Shown: in pieces, positions 1 through 10,083 of the stretch
Layout of the letters: every line of letters begins with the position of its first letter
Numbering within the stretch: the first letter of the stretch is position 1
Assembly: GCA_002269645.1 (NCBI GenBank)
Contig: NIVC01000251.1
Coordinates: 372,001-436,000, forward strand
Direction of reading: 5' to 3'
Length of the DNA stretch: 64,000 nt
DNA from: Macrostomum lignano
Lineage: Eukaryota
Translations under genes and position numbers: made by a program
Notes under the pieces: model-generated
Seen by the model: the letters and a program-made list of their open reading frames with translations, nothing else
What the model was told of the DNA's origin: nothing
Database searches by the model: none

Positions 1-3000
1 TCGAAGCTCTGTCCCCCGGGCCGACAGACAGCTGCTCATCGCCTGTGCGGAAAGTCGAGTCCCCCTTTGCGACACCGCCCAGTGCTGGAGAAGACTCACC
101 CAATTTTGACGACGACTGAGCCGACGGCTACGGCTGCTCGCGACGAGGCGTGCTTCACGTGTTGCGTCCCGCCCTACAGCCAAGAGTCGCCTGTGCTATG
201 CAGTGGAGGCATGCGCGCTGCTCCATCTGCGGAATCTTCTGTCATGAGAGCGATAAAGAGAACTTCGATTCGAGATCAACGGACGTACGCCGACGTTGTG
301 AGACAAAGTCCCTCGGAGCGACCTAATCCTGACGCCGACAAGACGGTGCCGTGTGATCGACCTGGAGCCATTAAAGCGGAGACTGCGGGAATCCGGACCC
401 CTCAGCCATGCCGCGCCGTGCTCTCTGATTTTCTGAAGCTGCCGATGACTCGCCAACAGTTCGTTGACGCCCAACGCGCTGACCGAGCCATCAGCTATGT
501 GCTCAACCTGGTCAAGGACGAAGCCCCGAAGCCTGAGTTCGACGCCCGGTTGCGCCTGACGAAGGAGCAGCGGAATCTGCTCGGATACTACGAGAACCTG
601 CAGGAGGACAACGGCCTGCTGCTGATTGACCTGTCCGATGGCCAGCAGCCGCCAAAGGTTGTTCTGCCTGAGGCCCTTGACGCCCAGGTGCTCCAGGAGC
701 TCCACAGTTCGCCACTGTGTGGACACCTCGGCGAGACGAAGACGTTACTGCGGCTACGAGAACGGTTCTGGAGACCCGGATTAGCCCGTGCTACCAAGAC
801 CTTCATCAGTAAGTGCCGCACTTGCCTTGAAAGTAAATCGCGACGGCGAGAGAGAGTTCCGGTCCAGAGCTTCCCAGTTTGCGAAGTTCTGGGTAGAATC
901 CACTGTGATGTAGTAGGACCAATCGCGCAGAAGAGCAAGAGCGGTAACCGCTACATCCTGACCTTGTGCGATGCGACGTCGAAGTATCCATTCGCCTACC
1001 CGATGAGAAACCAGAAAGCCAAAACAGTCATCAAGCTTCTGCAGGAGCGCTTCATCCCTGAGTTCGGTGTACCATGCTGGATCCACACCGACCAAGGCAC
1101 CAACTTCACCGGCTCGGCCTTCAAGAAGTTCTGCGACCTGTTTGGCATTCGGCATACGACAACAACACCGTACAATCCAGCTTCCAATGGACAAGTCGAG
1201 AACCTCAACAAGCAGCTGAAGAGTGTCCTCACCTGTCTGCTCGAGCGCAACCACAACGACTGGGACACCTTCCTCCCGGCCTGTCTGATGGCTCTCCGCT
1301 CCAGCGTGCACCCGGTGACCGGCTTCACGCCTCACTACCTGGTGTTCGGCCGTGACTTCCGACTCCCGATCGACAACGCGCTGAAGAAGCTGCCCGAGTA
1401 CGCCGACCTGCCCGACTACGTCAAGGACTTCCAACGTCGCCTGGACGAGGCGACTGAGCTAGCCAAGGAGCGCCTGCATCTGCACCAGCAACTGCGAGAC
1501 GAGCACTATTCGAACCTGCCCGCCGCCAAGAAGCTTCAACCCGGTGATCTGGTCTTCCTCAACAATCCGGTGCTTGAACCGGACGAGGCGGCGAAATTTC
1601 ATCGACCTCGCAAAGCGCTGTACGAAGTCGTCGAGCCCAAGGGCGAGGTCGTCTACAAGATTCGACGGAGACTGCCCAACCCGAGAGCCAGACGAGACGA
1701 ACTAGTCGTCCATCGCCGGAACCTTCTGCTCGTGCCTGACGCTGACTACACGAGAACTTCGGACCCTGAAGTCGACAAACCGAAGAAACGCCGGCGGCCG
1801 CCTGACGTCCCCGACGGCGCAGGACCAGGGACCCTGACGCCAATCCCCGAGGACGACCAGGACGACCCCGACGATGACGATGATGACGGCTACGACGCAA
1901 GGCCGGCCTTCCGATGGCACTTCCGGCCTGTGGCGATCCCGGAGGTGCAGCCAGGAGGTGGACCGGTCACGACACCAGCGAACCAGGCAAGTGCACTTCG
2001 GCGTGAGCCAGTGCCGTATGGTGAATGTCATCTGCATAAGCCTGTTCTTGATGCGTCTATGCCTGCTGTTTCTTTTCCTCCCGTTTCTGCTCCCGCTCCC
2101 AGTGCTGCTTTTTCTGTGGTCCAGACCCCTGGGCCGTCGTTATGCACCACTCCGGTGGAAGCGTCATTAGAATCGGTAGATGCCGGTAGGCCGGCTAGGA
2201 ACCGTAGGCAGCCTGAGAGGCTGGTTATTAATCCTAGGGCCAAGACCTATGTTAGCAGCATCGCCCGCATCCGCTCGCAAATTAAAACGCATTCCAGCGC
2301 AGAAATGCACCGCCGATCCTTCAAGCGCACTGAGCGCTCGCCAACTGAAGAGGACCGAGCCTCTTCCCGCCGCAACCGGCCTAGGATGGAGTCGCCGGCC
2401 TCCTACGCTCGACCAATTGGGGCCATGGCCGGCCAATACGAGCCGTTTGGCGGGCCACCTGATGCCCCACGTCGACCAGTCCTGACCCGTGTGGGCAGGC
2501 CATTGGGCAGGCCAGCGCAGCCTGAGCAGCCACCGCGTCGACGCTCGCCGCCGCCAGAGCGATGGTCCCTGCCCGAGGCCCGCCGGCGAGGTAGAGGACC
2601 TTGCCAGACTGCCAGGGCCCAGCGTGAGATCTTTAGTGATCTCACGAACTCGGGGAATCGGACCCCGGTACGGCGCCTGCAGTCGCCTGCGGCAGAGAGC
2701 GCTCAGCAGATGAACGTGGCACTGAGCGCTCAGGTCAACCGAGAGCTCCCGCGGCAACGCCGGGACCTGAAGGCCCAGCTGACCACCGAAGGCCCAGCTG
2801 CCCGTCGCCCAAAGCCGGAACCTGCGGCCCCAGCCCCGGAAGCCGCCGGGCACGACCACCTTGGAGCTGGAACTTCGGCCGCGACTCTAGACGTGGGAGC
2901 TGAGCAGGAAACCAGCCAGCCTCCAGTCCCTTTGTCCCCGCAGGTGCCCCAAGTTCTGCGATTAGTCGGGCCGGAGCTGCGGGTCGAGCTGGCCTCCCCG

Positions 3001-3597
3001 CCGAGGGAAGGCTCGCCGCTGCTGCCGACAGTGCCCGAAGATGCTCCGGACAGCGACGGCCGGTGCGAGGTGGCCACGCAGACCAGCGACTTAGTCTGGC
3101 CGGGGCCTGAGATGTCGAACAGCGCCCAATCGACCGACTCGGCTGCAGGCCTGCAGCACATCAGCCTACCTCCGGTCCCGCCGAACTCGCCAGAGGGCCC
3201 AAGCGTTGCCACCGCCGCCGCAACTGCCCCGCCGGCCGGCATCGAGCCGGCACCAGACCATCTTGAGGCTGAGGCCATGCCTCCCGGGCTGAGGACGGCT
3301 ATTGATCAATATATAGCTGCCGTCTACTACATAGCCCAGTTGCTAACGACGGCGGCGCACCTGGGCACGCTCCCGACGGTGGCCGAATGGCCACGATGGG
3401 CCGCTCTCCGGGCCCTCACTGACGAGGACCGGCAGCAGCTCCTCGACGACGCCGCCGAAGTTGCCGCCCCCAACCTGCAGCGGCCGCGATACCCGGAGGC
3501 GGTGCGCTACGTAGGTCGGCTGGCGGCCGCGCAAATTGCAGGACGGACGCCGGTGGTGCCGGCCCTTATTGAGAACTGCGACCTAAACGCGGAGTGA
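1..3597 (+). CDS. pol: Gypsy pol C-terminal part: spacer, integrase (HHCC zinc finger, rve core, GPY/F-like region) and a long C-terminal extension; 5'-partial
   Basis: Frame is open from base 1 (no stop before the TTG at 67). H-x7-H (LHSSPLCGHLG) and CRTC zinc knuckle; core motifs IHCDVVGP, IHTDQGTNF, YNPASNGQVE; LYEVV...VYKIR...VVHRRNL GPY/F-like region; RPARNRRQPERL basic motif typical of Gypsy pol ends. Confidence 0.93.
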   Translation, partial: SKLCPPGRQTAAHRLCGKSSPPLRHRPVLEKTHPILTTTEPTATAARDEACFTCCVPPYSQESPVLCSGGMRAAPSAESSVMRAIKRTSIRDQRTYADVVRQSPSERPNPDADKTVPCDRPGAIKAETAGIRTPQPCRAVLSDFLKLPMTRQQFVDAQRADRAISYVLNLVKDEAPKPEFDARLRLTKEQRNLLGYYENLQEDNGLLLIDLSDGQQPPKVVLPEALDAQVLQELHSSPLCGHLGETKTLLRLRERFWRPGLARATKTFISKCRTCLESKSRRRERVPVQSFPVCEVLGRIHCDVVGPIAQKSKSGNRYILTLCDATSKYPFAYPMRNQKAKTVIKLLQERFIPEFGVPCWIHTDQGTNFTGSAFKKFCDLFGIRHTTTTPYNPASNGQVENLNKQLKSVLTCLLERNHNDWDTFLPACLMALRSSVHPVTGFTPHYLVFGRDFRLPIDNALKKLPEYADLPDYVKDFQRRLDEATELAKERLHLHQQLRDEHYSNLPAAKKLQPGDLVFLNNPVLEPDEAAKFHRPRKALYEVVEPKGEVVYKIRRRLPNPRARRDELVVHRRNLLLVPDADYTRTSDPEVDKPKKRRRPPDVPDGAGPGTLTPIPEDDQDDPDDDDDDGYDARPAFRWHFRPVAIPEVQPGGGPVTTPANQASALRREPVPYGECHLHKPVLDASMPAVSFPPVSAPAPSAAFSVVQTPGPSLCTTPVEASLESVDAGRPARNRRQPERLVINPRAKTYVSSIARIRSQIKTHSSAEMHRRSFKRTERSPTEEDRASSRRNRPRMESPASYARPIGAMAGQYEPFGGPPDAPRRPVLTRVGRPLGRPAQPEQPPRRRSPPPERWSLPEARRRGRGPCQTARAQREIFSDLTNSGNRTPVRRLQSPAAESAQQMNVALSAQVNRELPRQRRDLKAQLTTEGPAARRPKPEPAAPAPEAAGHDHLGAGTSAATLDVGAEQETSQPPVPLSPQVPQVLRLVGPELRVELASPPREGSPLLPTVPEDAPDSDGRCEVATQTSDLVWPGPEMSNSAQSTDSAAGLQHISLPPVPPNSPEGPSVATAAATAPPAGIEPAPDHLEAEAMPPGLRTAIDQYIAAVYYIAQLLTTAAHLGTLPTVAEWPRWAALRALTDEDRQQLLDDAAEVAAPNLQRPRYPEAVRYVGRLAAAQIAGRTPVVPALIENCDLNAE

Positions 3598-4470
3598 ACT
3601 AGGATGTGCCGCTTCCCCCCCCCGAATAGCTGCATGCGCAATCTTTAATCCTGCCATGTCATGGTGCCAACATTGCTTTTCTATTTAGGCGCGTTTTCCC
3701 GGGCCTGCGCCCCCGAACTGTCCGTGACTCGTCTCTGCTCGTTCACGCCCGAGGGACCCTGTGCCCTCCGTTTTTAAGTTCTCCCTTCGGGCTCTGCCTT
3801 GGCGTGGGCAACCCACGTGAATTGCTTGCCAATAACTGCACCTCTCCACATTTTTGCGCCTGTTGAGGTGCCTCCACTACGGGCTCTGCACTTGTCGCTA
3901 GCATCCCGGCATTTAGGCGCCTTTTCTTTGCTGGGGCTGGCGTCCCCCTTTTAATTGTGTGCATTGAATCAGGGTCGCACCATGGGCCCTGACCCAGCCC
4001 TCGCCTCCGCGCCGTGTGACATACCATCCTTTTGCCACTGCCGATTATGTTTTAATTATAGCCAACGTTTCTATCTTTTAAATAAAGGCGCGCTCCGCCT
4101 TCACTCCGCCTCTTTATTTGAACGGGGAGAGTGTAGTGAGCCGCTAGTTTATTGTTAGGCGTCGCCCTTGTCAGCCGTTCCCTCGCCCTCCCTTTGGGTT
4201 GCTGTCTGCCGCTGGTCAGCTTCCCGCCCTCCTTTCGCTTGCCTGTTGCCCCCGTGTCCTTTCCGCCCTGTTGCGTTTCCGTTCTCAGCCCTCAGTCTCT
4301 CGACTGTGGGCTGTCTCTGTTTCGCTCCCGTCCCGTTTTCCCTGTCTTGTGAGCAAGTCACATGACAGTTCTTGCGTTCTTTGAGTCTTAAAGTGCAGTA
4401 AACATGTTTACTGCACTCGTTGGCCCTGTTTACCGGGTGAGTCACGTGCTTTCGGACCCTTCCCTTCTCT

Positions 4471-4481
4471 AAGGAGAGGAG
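4471..4481 (+). other. Polypurine tract (plus-strand primer) AAGGAGAGGAG
   Basis: Pure purine run directly followed by TG at 4482, downstream of pol. Confidence 0.7.
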
Positions 4482-4686
4482 TGACTCATGTTGCTAAAAA
4501 TAGCAACTGAGTCACAGCCGCGTGTACTCTGGCCGGGGACCTCAAGTGACGTCAGTTCTAAAAATAGAACAAGTCACGAGGTCTTCCGCGCGCTTGTACC
4601 CTGCCCAAGACTCTCGAGTGACGTCAGTTCTAAAAATAGAACAAGTCACGAGGTCTGGAGCGTGGGAATTTCCCGGCTATAAATAG
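4482..4686 (+). promoter_or_regulatory. LTR U3 enhancer/promoter: AP-1 x2, CRE x2, MEF2-consensus x3, kB-like site, TATA
   Basis: TGACTCA 4482, TGAGTCA 4508, TGACGTCA 4547 and 4619, CTAAAAATAG 4494/4558/4630, GGGAATTTCCC 4664, CTATAAATAG 4677. All read directly; binding is inferred. Confidence 0.65.
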
Positions 4687-5201
4687 GAGCCCTCTCCCCC
4701 TTGTTTCCGTCAAGGAGTCTTCCTTCTGTTCAACCTCGAGTTCTACGTCCGCGTGTGACTAAGTCCCGAGTGTCCGAGTCTTTGCGCACATTGATTCTGT
4801 TCCTATTGCTCCGACTGAGACCCGACCAAACCAATCCAAGTCTACGAGAGGCTAACTCAGCCCTCCCTGTACCATCCAAGCCCGGCAGGTGCTGCTGACG
4901 AGACGCCTTATACGTTGAGCTGCAAATCTGCACGTCGTGCTGTGTTCGTTGACTTCATTATTTCGTTCCGACGGGAAGCTCACCTCACCGAAGGCCGAGA
5001 CCTGAAGGAACTGGTGGCAGCACTACCTACGCTACTAAAGTTAAGAAGGCTTCTAAGTGAGAGGACGGAGCCCAAGTCACTGCGCTGTACAGCAGGACAA
5101 CCACAGGTACAACACCAAATTAGCATTAGATTATATTTAGTATATTGGACTGTTACTGACAGACTACCGACCCTTTGATCCCTTTATTCCCTGGCCTTAC
5201 A
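4482..5201 (+). repeat. Probable 3' LTR (~720 bp)
   Basis: Starts TG right after the PPT; contains a 44-bp internal direct repeat and a TATA box; candidate end ...GGCCTTACA at 5201 precedes AT-rich flank. The 5' LTR is not in the window, so the end is unconfirmed. Confidence 0.6.
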
Positions 5202-7842
5202 TATCTTTTTTTGTTAATCTTAAATTACTTTGTTGCTTTTTAATCTCCGAAGTCTGAGCCTTATAACAAAATTACATATGCAAAAGAAAGTTAGACGTCT
5301 TCAATACATAATGATTCTACGAGCGTATAATAATTATTTTTATTTATTCACAGTTTTTGTAGAAACAAGCTTTTAGAGGATCATAAATGAATTGTATTTG
5401 TTTTGGAGACGTTCCTACGACCTAAAAGATACCTATTGGAGACGTCTAACTTTTTATTGGATAAGTACTTTTATTATACAGGTGACGGCGTCGCAGACTT
5501 TTCTCCAGAGTCCAACTGCACTATATACTTCTTCAGAAAATTCCAAACTCCGAGTCTATACCGAGTTGCTGTATTCGAGAGACAAGCTGGCAAGAGTCGC
5601 GAAGCGATCCCAATTGCACCTTCTTAAAACCCACGTGTGGGTCTAAGGACAGCAGAAGCCACTTTGTGTACTATATGTGGAGTAGACCTGGGCCGTCAAT
5701 TCTTTTAATTTTAATTTTAATTTAATTTAATTAATCCGATTCGCGGAAACGCGCATAGAAAAAAAACTAGGAAGGGAAATCATATCTCCGGTTTATCAAC
5801 ACTATTGAATTGCGATGAGAACTGTCGAACATTCGGGCTCTGCTTCCGCGGCACGCCGGTTCTTGCTTTTTCTTAGTAGCTATTTCTTTTTTACCAATTT
5901 TGGCTTCTTGTGTGGCTGCATGAGAGGCGCGGATAGTTCACTAGCACTTAAAAGAAATCCTATATATACTTGGCAGTTCTTAAACCCTGAAACCTTGAAT
6001 AATAAATCAGAAACTTTGATGCAACAACGAAACAAGCTCTATTTCTAATTGATATCCGTCTGATGCTTGTGTACGTGTGCAGTCAAAGGAAGCCCTTGAC
6101 TTTGGAAAATGAAAATCAATTAACCGACTACCTGCAATTTTTGCGTCCCTAAAATTTTCTTCGTTGATTTGTTAAGTCTTCTATAATAAATTTTTAGCTA
6201 AAATCACTTACCGATTGAATGGTTTAGCCAGATCCTCGGATTGGGGCCGACTTGCTGGCAACACTATGGGTTAGGATCCTGAAAAGAAGATCAAAGTTGA
6301 TAATCTGAAAGAAGTATTGTAAAAAGTCGAAACACGTTTTTATAGTATCCTTCATTGTAGAGTTTGTGAAAATTTGTGGTTTGCGAGACAGACTGCAAAG
6401 GCTGGTTAGAAGTTGTCGCCGTCGCAGGCCTCTGGTCGGTCACGGATCACCGGCCCTGATTGAAGAAATTTTATGGTAGCGTTGGGTCCTGAGGGGTTGG
6501 GCTTATACGGACCACTGTGGCTGTTTACGGTGCTTTTGCTAGTCTGTTGGTGGACCGCTGTTGGTTGACCACGAAGGCTACCAACACCCTTTATGAGCAC
6601 GCGCTCCGTCGGGCCCTAATCGAGAGACTACTACACCAACCAGAAAAATTTTCAACAGGGGATGCTTTGTGGCTGTATTTGACAAAGGCACCAGCGTCTA
6701 AGACTACTAAGAGTAGCGTGATAAAATGTGAACTCTATGCTTTCCAGATGCTCAGTGCGAGAATGGCCCTATATAGGGTTGGAAATTCTACCGGCTTTTC
6801 ATTATTTAACAGATTTCTAACCCACTCACCTGTTTACAGCAGCTCATAGCTTACGAAAAAGTCTCACCTGGCCAATGAAGTTTGACAATCAGCAAGCCAT
6901 TAAGATAAAAGTTATGAAAATAAAAACACTATAGATTTCATGATTTGGGCTAAGAGAAGCTTGTTAATAATTAAGAGTCCTGGGATAAAAAAGTTCGCTA
7001 AATGGAATCGATAAATAATGAACACAATGAGTGCAGGCTCCGGTCTATAGCATTATAGTCTATAGCATCTATTGCGCCCAAGGTAAGCTGAGCACAGACA
7101 AGAGTCACAAACAAGAGAAGGAGAGAGATAGAGGGAGAGAGAGGGAGAGATAGAGAGCACGGTGCAGGCCTAGAGACGGCTGAAGGCGATCGAATCTAGG
7201 GATGATGCTGCTGGCTTGATGAAGCCGAGGCTGGCATCCCTCCCCAATAGGGGTCGGTGTCGTAGAATATTCACTAGGCTGGGGGGCTGGGCGTCACTGG
7301 ATTTTGCTTTTTCAACTTTTTCTGTAATCTTCATTCTTAAATTCATTATTTTTGAATAATTTCAAGTTATTAAATCTAGAGTCAGCAAAATATGATGATG
7401 ATGCTGAAGATGATGCAATACGAAAAAAATCAAAATGTCTTGTAGAATTTACTGTTTTCATTTTACTATTGTAAAAACAAAAACGCAAATATTGCTACTT
7501 TTTTTCGAGTGACATACCTATAGTTATTCTAGTTTCTGTGACTAATTCAGATGCAGTGTGCAGAAACTAATTTCATAACTTTACTTAGCGATGGTGTATC
7601 GAGATTATGCGTATGAGTAGTGCATGATAGATCAAATTGGTACATACATGTACCTACAACAATAAGTCACTGAAAGTATACTTTATGTGCATCATAAATC
7701 GATTCAAAACGAAACAATAGTGTTAGTTAAAAAAAAAACAAAATAATTATTCAACCATATAGATAGCCAAAGCATAGCATAAATTATGCATAAATGTACG
7801 GAGTCCTTCCAAAGTAAGTCTGCAGAGAATTGCAATAAAACT

Positions 7843-9462
7843 CTAATTCAGCAGCCGATACACACACAGCCGTTTCCTACCCCAATCGCACACAATAAGA
7901 GCATTGACCTGTTCACAACGCAATAGCGTCAGTCCAGTTGGATGCTTGAATGTTCTAGCACCGACAGATCTTGAGCTGCTGGCTTTGCTGGTTGAGCTGC
8001 ATATAGTGTCAGTACTATTCTCAGCTGCACTCGATGGATCCGACGATGTCCTGCATGATCCGTCCAGACGTCGAATGGCGCTAAAATCTCCAACGCTCAG
8101 CGCGAGTACCTGGTTGGCGTTCCGCTCCGAAACGAAAACTACGCCGCTCACGGGGTCGACAGCGACACGCCAGGGATGGTGGAGCTCGCTCTGACCGTCA
8201 GCTGGGTAAGTCGCTATGAGCTCCTGACTGATGGTGCACAGTCGGTGAAGCCGGTCATTCTCCAAGTCCAACAGGATCAACTTGGATCCGCACAGAGCCA
8301 AGCCATCTAGTCCGCCAACGTTGAAGTTTTTGAGATTGATCACCCGCTCCAGACCGTAAGTTCCCTGGTCAATTATAAGTATTTCTCTATTCACTTTGTC
8401 CAAAAGAAGTATCCTATTTGAGTCGCAGGCCATGTCGCTCACTAGCAGACTGTAAGAAGATGCGTCTAAATTTAGACTTCGTCTATCTATCAGCCTTTCT
8501 AAGTGACCACTAAGATCTGTGACTGTCACTGCAGAGCCCTGCGCTATGAATAACAGTTGCCTAACGCTGTCGCAGTGAATGCCAAGAATCCAGTTGGACC
8601 AATTGATTCCCTCGCAGTGGCAGCGAAATCGACTGCTGATGCTTTCCTGTTTATCATTCACAATCGTTGTTACCAAAAGGTGTTCAACTTGCTTTCGCCC
8701 GAAAGCCACATAGATCAAAGGCATCGGCAAGCACGACGCATCTTCTAAACCTTCAGCATCGATGGCTCGAATTATGCGACACGAGGCATCACTAAAGAAA
8801 CCCGAGGAATTGGTGCAACAGGTCACGTGATAGGGAGTACTTTCGAGTTTACTAATTAATCCTATCGGTAGGCAAACATCCTGCTCTGCTTCGTTGGATT
8901 TTTCCAAGTCTAGCCAACACCGCTTCATCACTTTCCTCACGTGTCGGTCGGTCTCAAACAGCAACTCCTGAATCCCTGCTGCCACATCGCCGACAACTCT
9001 GAAACTGACGCCTTCACTCGCGGAACTTTGCCTGCTGCGCAGCTCTGAACGAGCTCTTTTGAATTCGGATACTCTCTTGTGAGCTTCTAGCAGCCAGGCT
9101 TGATTTGCGTCTGTCATGGTACTCTGCTCAATAGTAACAGACGAATCTTTTTTCTTGAGCTGTTGTGCTCGTGAGGCATCTTCCAATCTCTGAGCTACTG
9201 AGTCTTCTATCGATCTCAATCGAGTGACGATTTTTGACCTCCAACTAAGAAGTTTCTCCTGTACAGCATCGAACATTGCGTGGGTTTCTTGAATTTCCGT
9301 CGCCAGAATCTTCAGTTCAGTTTCCGAAGCTGTAGTTTCTTCGACTGACATACTAAGAAAGTTCAGCTTGTGTAGAACATCGTTTTCTTGTGCTGTTAAA
9401 TAGATGGGATTTTCAGCACAATCGGACGAGTTGTTTTTTACGTTTTCGACGTAAATTTCCAT
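7843..9462 (-). CDS. Intronless coiled-coil + NHL/beta-propeller protein (TRIM-NHL-like without RING/B-box), 539 aa
   Basis: ATG-to-stop ORF; N-terminal heptad-rich helix; C-terminal NHL-type blades (LHHPWRVAVDPVSGVVFVSERNANQVLAL; FKHPTGLTLL...LIVCDWGRKRLCVYRL). Confidence 0.8.
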   Translation of the reverse strand: MEIYVENVKNNSSDCAENPIYLTAQENDVLHKLNFLSMSVEETTASETELKILATEIQETHAMFDAVQEKLLSWRSKIVTRLRSIEDSVAQRLEDASRAQQLKKKDSSVTIEQSTMTDANQAWLLEAHKRVSEFKRARSELRSRQSSASEGVSFRVVGDVAAGIQELLFETDRHVRKVMKRCWLDLEKSNEAEQDVCLPIGLISKLESTPYHVTCCTNSSGFFSDASCRIIRAIDAEGLEDASCLPMPLIYVAFGRKQVEHLLVTTIVNDKQESISSRFRCHCEGINWSNWILGIHCDSVRQLLFIAQGSAVTVTDLSGHLERLIDRRSLNLDASSYSLLVSDMACDSNRILLLDKVNREILIIDQGTYGLERVINLKNFNVGGLDGLALCGSKLILLDLENDRLHRLCTISQELIATYPADGQSELHHPWRVAVDPVSGVVFVSERNANQVLALSVGDFSAIRRLDGSCRTSSDPSSAAENSTDTICSSTSKASSSRSVGARTFKHPTGLTLLRCEQVNALIVCDWGRKRLCVYRLLN

Positions 9463-10083
9463 GTTGATTTATCCGAAGCTCGGCAGCCTGTCTACAGGTG
9501 TACCTGCTATGAAGCTTAACTGTAACTCTTACGTAGCTAATATATATTTACTGGAGATTTCGTCTGTCAAACTTACTTTACTGTGTAATTTCTTATCTCT
9601 AAAATATGTCGATTAAATTATTCTAAATTCACCTATACTAAATGTTATTTCTAAATTCGTGACTTCAGTATTTATTAGATAAAATCTCTGATTTTACACC
9701 AACAATAGCCACAGAGAATTCAGCGAATGCAGAGAGTAAAATAGAACTTGCCATTGTGTACGTGCAGTTCGTACCTGTATATTTACGCATCTGTATGCAC
9801 ATGAGGAGAGACATTTTCAAAGTGGAATTCAAATTGAAAAGTCCGATGCGAATCACGCGCTGTTGTTGTGACATTTCGGGCTGGAATTGGCAGACTAAGA
9901 AATGTAAACATGAACCGGATAAATGCGGTTTTAAAATGATTTACTCTGCTACTTTTACTTGCGCAGAAACAAAATTAACAAAAACAAATAGCTTTCCGTT
10001 TTCTACTTGATTTTCATTTTCAAGTCGACCCAACGAAGGCGTCAACTGCTAGTAAGACCGAAAGCTCGACTAAAGGCACAGAG

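Larger units (their letters stand above)
1..5201 (+). mobile_element. Ty3/Gypsy LTR retrotransposon, 3' portion (5' part lies outside the window)
   Basis: Integrase ORF, then an ~870-bp 3' UTR, a polypurine tract at 4471-4481, and a TG...CA bounded segment with a TATA box. GC content drops sharply after 5201. The right boundary is inferred. Confidence 0.88.

Noticed and set aside
196-3278. Minus-strand ORFs of 176-230 aa opposite pol
   Set aside because: Expected shadow ORFs of a GC-rich coding strand; no recognisable motifs.
2305-3597. env gene interpretation of the pol extension
   Set aside because: No signal peptide, furin-site plus fusion-peptide arrangement, or transmembrane helix.
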